From assembly GCA_037441845.1 (NCBI GenBank), contig JBBIRK010000007.1:152824-216823 (forward strand): a stretch of DNA of 64,000 bases. Reading direction: 5' to 3'. A program made the position numbers and the translations under genes. The notes beneath the pieces were generated by a model. The model was not told where the DNA came from. It made no database searches and worked only from the letters and a program-made list of their open reading frames with translations. Origin of the DNA: Candidatus Zixiibacteriota bacterium (GTDB taxonomy: Bacteria > Zixibacteria > MSB-5A5 > UBA10806 > 4484-95). Positions 59,115 to 64,000 of the stretch are shown here, piece after piece. Every line of letters starts with the position of its first letter. Position 1 is the first letter of the stretch.

Positions 59115-60569
59115 ATGGTGATAAAGGTGCGAAGTAAGTTACTGCCGACTGTTTTCTTCACGGCGACTTTGTTTCTATCATCGATTGCCTACGGCGGAGG
59201 AATGGCTCTTTCGGGTGTCGGTGCCAAGGCGATCGGCATGGGCGGCGCTTTTCGCGGGCTGGCCGATGATTGGAGTGCCTGTTATTGGAATCCCGCAGGA
59301 TTGGCCCAACTCGATAAATCTGAGTTGGGGCTGAATCTGAGCGTGCTCTCGCCGCGTCCGGAATTCGCCCCGGCTATTACCTACGATGGTTATGATGTGG
59401 GTTATTTGAACGGGGCGACCCGCTATCCCAAAGACAAAAGCAGTATCGTCCCGAATTTAAGCGGTTTCTTAAGATTTCCAGCGCCGCGGAACTTCACCGC
59501 CGGGCTGGCGATATTCGTCCCCTATGCCCTGGGAAGCGAATGGGACTTATATGAGCCTACTTATCCTGACGTCGCGGCACCCTATCCCGGCATCGATCAC
59601 AAATCCGATCTGAAGGTTATCGACTTTCATCCTTCGATCGCCAAGGCGTTCGCGGGCGACAAGCTGCTGTTCGGAGCGGGAATTTCGTTCATGCGGGGCA
59701 AGATCGAGTATCAGAAAACTTTTTTGAACGCCACGACACTTCCCCGGCCGCATGATATCGTGGCCATCGACGCCCGTATCGAGGGCGACGGTTGGGGATA
59801 CGGCGCCAATTTCGGTTTGCTCTACAAATTTTCCGATAAGTTGCAGTTGGGGATATCCGGCAAAACGCCGACCACGATCAAATTCGACGGCACCCTCACC
59901 AATAACCTTTATGGGTTTTACAATATCGCCCTCAAAGAGTATTTCCTGCAGAATGTCTACAACGCCCTCGATTCGGCCAGGATTCGGTTTTTGTTTCCTG
60001 ACGATCAAGAGGTTACCTCGTGGAGAAACAACGCCACCGCCGAGCTTAAGCTGCCGGCCGATTTCGGGATCGGCGTAGCCTATCGGAAATCGGATAAACT
60101 GCTGATGACGCTCGATTTGGCCTATACGCTCTGGGAAAGATTGGATTCGATTATTATCGACGTCGAGGGGCAACAATCACCGATTGATCCCTCTCCCGCC
60201 AGCGATGTCGTCGTGCGCACCAAGTGGGAAAATACGCTCAGACTGAGCCTTGGGGCCGAGTATAAGATGCGCGAGCAGCTCCGTTTGCGAGGTGGTTTCT
60301 ACTATGACCCGTCGCCCATTCCCGATCAAACCTTCTCGCCGCTCATACCCGATATGGGAACCAAATACAGCGGCAATATCGGCGCGGCGGTCGATCTGCG
60401 TGACGGTTGGCAGATAGCTTATACTTTCGAGTACGTAAAATTCGCTTCACGCGATATAACCCTCCACTCCGGCACAACCACCGAATCCGGCTATGTTTAC
60501 GATAATTACCCGGGTTCTTATAAACAGTATTTTGTCGCCAGTTTCCTCAGCGCAACCTATAGATTTTAG
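59115..60569 (+). CDS. OmpP1/FadL-family outer-membrane channel
   Basis: GMGGA...ADDWSACYWNPAGL; FVPYALG; LRGGFYYDPSPIP...LIPD; terminal YRF. Confidence 0.88.
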   Translation: MVIKVRSKLLPTVFFTATLFLSSIAYGGGMALSGVGAKAIGMGGAFRGLADDWSACYWNPAGLAQLDKSELGLNLSVLSPRPEFAPAITYDGYDVGYLNGATRYPKDKSSIVPNLSGFLRFPAPRNFTAGLAIFVPYALGSEWDLYEPTYPDVAAPYPGIDHKSDLKVIDFHPSIAKAFAGDKLLFGAGISFMRGKIEYQKTFLNATTLPRPHDIVAIDARIEGDGWGYGANFGLLYKFSDKLQLGISGKTPTTIKFDGTLTNNLYGFYNIALKEYFLQNVYNALDSARIRFLFPDDQEVTSWRNNATAELKLPADFGIGVAYRKSDKLLMTLDLAYTLWERLDSIIIDVEGQQSPIDPSPASDVVVRTKWENTLRLSLGAEYKMREQLRLRGGFYYDPSPIPDQTFSPLIPDMGTKYSGNIGAAVDLRDGWQIAYTFEYVKFASRDITLHSGTTTESGYVYDNYPGSYKQYFVASFLSATYRF

Positions 60570-60583
60570 GCGGGGAGAAAACC

Positions 60584-61837
60584 ATGAAAAAAGCGTTTGC
60601 AATATTTCTGATTTCGGCGGGGGTGATCGCACTTTGGGGCTGTTCGGCGCGGAAAAACCCGAGCCAATCGGTCATCCAATTTGGCACCACCTGGACCGGC
60701 TTCATCTATTCGACCGTTCTGGATACATCGGCGACCTTGACCAACGAGGCGAGCGGACGCTATCTTTACGTATATGTTCCGCCCGGATATACGGCGAATG
60801 AAACTTCCTATGTCCGGATCGATTCGACGCTTCAGGATTCCGTCTGGGTCGTTGATTCGGTGGTGGTGACGGAAGTAACTAATCACGATTACCCGGTGTT
60901 ATACCTTCTGCATGGATACGGCAGCAACTATCAATATTATCATCTTATTTTCAATTTGGTGGCCACGCTGAACGAGATGATAAGCAGCGGCGAGATTTCC
61001 CCAATGGTGGTGGTGATTCCGGATTTCAGCAACAGTTTCGGCGGCAGTTTCTACGCCAATTCGCCGGTCGATACGTTGCCCGATTCGAGAGAAGTGTCGT
61101 TTTCGGGTAAATTCGAGGATTTCTTTTTTGAGGAACTGATTCCCTACGTGGAACAGAATTTCGCCGTCGATACCACCGCCGCGGGCCGAGGGATAGGCGG
61201 GCATTCCATGGGCGGCTATGGAGCGTACCGCTTGGCGATGCGACACCCCGATATGTTCGGTTCGGTTTCGGCTATGTCGGCCCCCCTTTACTTCAACGCC
61301 TTGCCGGCGCTTCTGCCGGCCATGTATGCCGAAAACGGATTCACTCCGGGGGATACCGCCGGCTTCTACGCGATCGCGCCTTCGCCGTCGAAACGACTGA
61401 CCTCTATGATGTTCGCTATGGGGGCAGCGTTTTCGCCGCACAAGATCGCCGACTCAGATACGACTTTGTTTCACCGTGTGCGCGATGTCGCCTTCTTTTT
61501 CGGAATCGATCTACCTTTCCACATCGACGGATCGATCGATTCGCTGTTTTGGGCCACCAACTGGCTTCCTAATGATCCCTTCACCATGTTGACCCAGCTC
61601 GGCGGAGCGGCCGCCCTCGCCGGCAAATATCTCTATCTGGATTGTGGCAATGCAGATGATCTATATCTACACCTGCAAAATCGCGCTTTCTCCGAGGTGC
61701 TGACGGCGGCTGGACTGACCCATGTCTATTACGAATATGCAGGCTATACCGGAAATGATGCAGGCCATGTCAATTTTATCGCCGACAGATTGCGCGAAGT
61801 TTTCAAATTCCACAGCGAGGCATTTGCGGCGGAATAG
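60584..61837 (+). CDS. Lipoprotein esterase (alpha/beta hydrolase, putative esterase/S-formylglutathione hydrolase-like family)
   Basis: Lipobox LWGC; YVPPGY; YPVLYLLHG; GHSMGGYG; DCGNADD; GH. Confidence 0.85.
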   Translation: MKKAFAIFLISAGVIALWGCSARKNPSQSVIQFGTTWTGFIYSTVLDTSATLTNEASGRYLYVYVPPGYTANETSYVRIDSTLQDSVWVVDSVVVTEVTNHDYPVLYLLHGYGSNYQYYHLIFNLVATLNEMISSGEISPMVVVIPDFSNSFGGSFYANSPVDTLPDSREVSFSGKFEDFFFEELIPYVEQNFAVDTTAAGRGIGGHSMGGYGAYRLAMRHPDMFGSVSAMSAPLYFNALPALLPAMYAENGFTPGDTAGFYAIAPSPSKRLTSMMFAMGAAFSPHKIADSDTTLFHRVRDVAFFFGIDLPFHIDGSIDSLFWATNWLPNDPFTMLTQLGGAAALAGKYLYLDCGNADDLYLHLQNRAFSEVLTAAGLTHVYYEYAGYTGNDAGHVNFIADRLREVFKFHSEAFAAE

Positions 61838-61870
61838 GCGTCGAGTATATTCGTTCGAAAAAGTTATCAA

Positions 61871-61900
61871 GGCCGGGCGTCTTGCGCGCCCGGTTTTTTT
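61871..61900 (+). terminator. Rho-independent terminator
   Basis: GGCCGGGCG-N6-CGCCCGGTT followed by a T-run. Confidence 0.85.
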
Positions 61901-62324
61901 ATTGGAGGATGGATGCTACATATTCGATAAACTCACGACCCCGGTCATTGATCTATGATGCCGCCGGGATAACGCCCCACAATTATTTTCCGAGGCTTTA
62001 ATAGATTGGTAGGCTTTTCCAGGGTGGACCTTGAGCGAAACCTGACCCGGTTTGCCCGCCACAGCCGTCGCCAGAGCCGGTGACGGCTCTGATTGATTAT
62101 GGGGAAATTTACACTCATAAGATCGTCAGAAAAAATACGCCACGGCGATAAAATTTCAATTGTCCTGCCCGCTGGATTGAGATAAATTTCGCATAATACT
62201 TTAATTTCTGATTGGCCGCGTAGGGGGTTCTTAAATATGAACGATGGCACAATCACCCCAAAATATAATATAGCCGATGATTGAAATCGATAATAGCCGT
62301 TGCATAAAGCAAAGAAGGTAAGAC

Positions 62325-64000
62325 ATGGAAAACAATATCACTGTTATGGCGCTGGCAGGCTTATTACATGACGTGGGAAAGGTCGGTCAAAGAGCGTTCG
62401 TAGATGAAAAGCATTTATCGGGGGCGACACTGGGGATTGCTGATTATTTATGCCCGAAAAATGAATTCGGCGGACGTTCACATAAACATGTGCTTTATAC
62501 CAATGAGTTTTGTGAGCTCATTAAAAATAACCTTCCTCCAGGCATCAATCGTTCGGAGCTGGTCAATCTGGCCGCCTATCATCACCGGCCAACCGATGAA
62601 TTTCAGGCGATAATCAGCCGGGCGGATCGACTGTCCGCGGCTTTTGACCGTGATGCCTACCAGGCCGTTGATTCCGCTGCCTCGTTCCGAAAAACCCAGC
62701 TTATACCCATAACCGGCACTGTCTCATTTACCGAAGAAGCTGTCTTTCCCGGTAACGAACTTCTTGAACCAAGAGCTTTATCGGCCGACCGCATTTTCCC
62801 GACAATGAATGATGGGGCGAAGGAAAAAACCACGGATTATCGAAAATTGTGGGATGGCTTGATCCAAACGATACGCGATTTCAAAATTCCTGATGGATTA
62901 CGATTCACAAACAGTCTATCATCATTGTTCGAAAGATATCTTTGGGCGGTTCCATCCGCAACCAATGTAATGGTCCCCGATATTTCGCTGTTTGATCACC
63001 TTAAGGCCACTGCAGCGATAGCCGCCTGCCTGTGCGCGGCCGAATCTCAAACCGCCCCGTTCATTTTCGCCGCTGGCGATTTCGGCGGCATTCAAAAATA
63101 CATATTCTCGATCAAACGAGGCTCCGGCAAAATGGCCAAGGCATTAAGAGGCAGATCATTCAAAGTGAACGCCTTTTCCGATTCAACGGCATATATGATT
63201 TTGGCTGAATTGGGACTTCCTTCAACCAACCTTGTATTAAGCGCCGGTGGCAGATTCTATCTTTTGCTGCCCAACAATGAAAAAACGATTAGAGCACTTA
63301 AAAAACAGCGTGAATCGATTCATGAGTGGATTATCGAGAAAACCAATGGCGAACTTAAATTCTCATTGGATTGGCTGGAGGTTTCGGCAGAAGACAATCA
63401 AAGTGAACCCGGAATAAAAAATTTCCCGAAAATCAAAGACCTGATCGATCAAAAGCTCGCCGACAGTGGAATGCGCGGATTGACACCCCTGGCAACCAAC
63501 GGCAAATGGAATACTGCTGTATGGCTGCGCCCAGGATATTCCGGGTCCAGCGAGGAGCTTTGCCGCTCCTGTCAATCCAACCCGGCCGTTTCTGCCGCCC
63601 AAGATGAAAAATTATGTAAAACATGTTTGGAGGATAGGGAATTGGGACGATTGGCTGTAAAATCGAATTATATGGTCAACTTCCGCGATCGTTCCGGTAA
63701 ATTCCATTTGCCGATCGCCTCATTCGATGTCCTCCAAGAATTAACCGAAGCGGAACGCGCCGCCGACTTGATAGTAGATTTCCGCGGTGAAAATGTCGCC
63801 GTCTACGATAAACCGATAATCACTTCTTTCAAAAACAACTATGTTCCTGTCGACGATTCAGGCGACGTCCTGGAATTCAGCGAGATTGCGGAAAAAGCAT
63901 CAGGCAAAAAATATCTCGCATACCTGAAAGCCGATGTCGACAATCTCGGCTTTATATTTTCCAGAGGGCTGGCCTCGGGAGGCCACAACAACCCGGACAG
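62325..64000 (+). CDS. cas10: Type III-A CRISPR Cas10/Csm1 (3'-truncated by window edge; absent from the ORF track)
   Basis: Translated by hand, open from ATG 62325 to the window end: MENNITVMALAGLLHDVGKVGQRA (HD), AAYHH, ADRLSA, AVPSAT...PDISLFDHLK, GDFGGIQKYIF, LRGRSF, AGGRFYLLLPN, CRSC...CKTC, LKADVDNLG. Confidence 0.95.
   Translation, partial: MENNITVMALAGLLHDVGKVGQRAFVDEKHLSGATLGIADYLCPKNEFGGRSHKHVLYTNEFCELIKNNLPPGINRSELVNLAAYHHRPTDEFQAIISRADRLSAAFDRDAYQAVDSAASFRKTQLIPITGTVSFTEEAVFPGNELLEPRALSADRIFPTMNDGAKEKTTDYRKLWDGLIQTIRDFKIPDGLRFTNSLSSLFERYLWAVPSATNVMVPDISLFDHLKATAAIAACLCAAESQTAPFIFAAGDFGGIQKYIFSIKRGSGKMAKALRGRSFKVNAFSDSTAYMILAELGLPSTNLVLSAGGRFYLLLPNNEKTIRALKKQRESIHEWIIEKTNGELKFSLDWLEVSAEDNQSEPGIKNFPKIKDLIDQKLADSGMRGLTPLATNGKWNTAVWLRPGYSGSSEELCRSCQSNPAVSAAQDEKLCKTCLEDRELGRLAVKSNYMVNFRDRSGKFHLPIASFDVLQELTEAERAADLIVDFRGENVAVYDKPIITSFKNNYVPVDDSGDVLEFSEIAEKASGKKYLAYLKADVDNLGFIFSRGLASGGHNNPD

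Noticed and set aside
59115..60569. PorV (T9SS shuttle) assignment for the FadL-like barrel
   Set aside because: The 484-aa length and the C-terminal YDPSPIP...IPD motif fit OmpP1/FadL, and it is linked to an esterase.
62245..62260. Sigma-54 site upstream of cas10 (TGGCAC)
   Set aside because: The -12 TTGC is absent at the required spacing.
61901..62324. Possible CRISPR array or repeat upstream of cas10 (ATTGAAA near 62280, TTTCAAT near 62155)
   Set aside because: Only isolated heptamers; no regularly spaced 28-40 bp direct repeats.

Overview
Gene-dense chromosomal window from a diderm, LPS-producing bacterium. Four secreted proteins carry a C-terminal 'PNPFN' sorting domain and one carries a C-terminal dockerin pair. 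That combination suggests an FCB-related lineage such as candidate division Zixibacteria (inference, not searched). Most content is housekeeping or envelope related: rlmI, sthA, nucleotide-sugar enzymes, a fused E1 alpha/beta 2-oxoacid dehydrogenase, tag, pyrK-pyrD-pyrF-nupC, an exopolysaccharide block, kdsC-kdsD-lpxL-lptC-lptB, a MacAB-type ABC exporter and a TPR-FadL-esterase unit. The main highlights are: (1) a type III-A CRISPR cas10/csm1 gene missing from the ORF track, which starts at 62325 and runs off the right edge; (2) signs of a T9SS-like export system, including a PorW/SprE-like TPR lipoprotein fused to a TonB C-terminal domain, and a PLP aminotransferase with both a Tat signal and a C-terminal sorting domain; (3) a frameshifted beta-carbonic anhydrase; (4) an unassigned gene with a sigma-54 promoter; (5) several apparently leaderless genes. 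I saw no rRNA, tRNA, IS element or CRISPR array. All calls come from reading motifs by eye; no searches were run.
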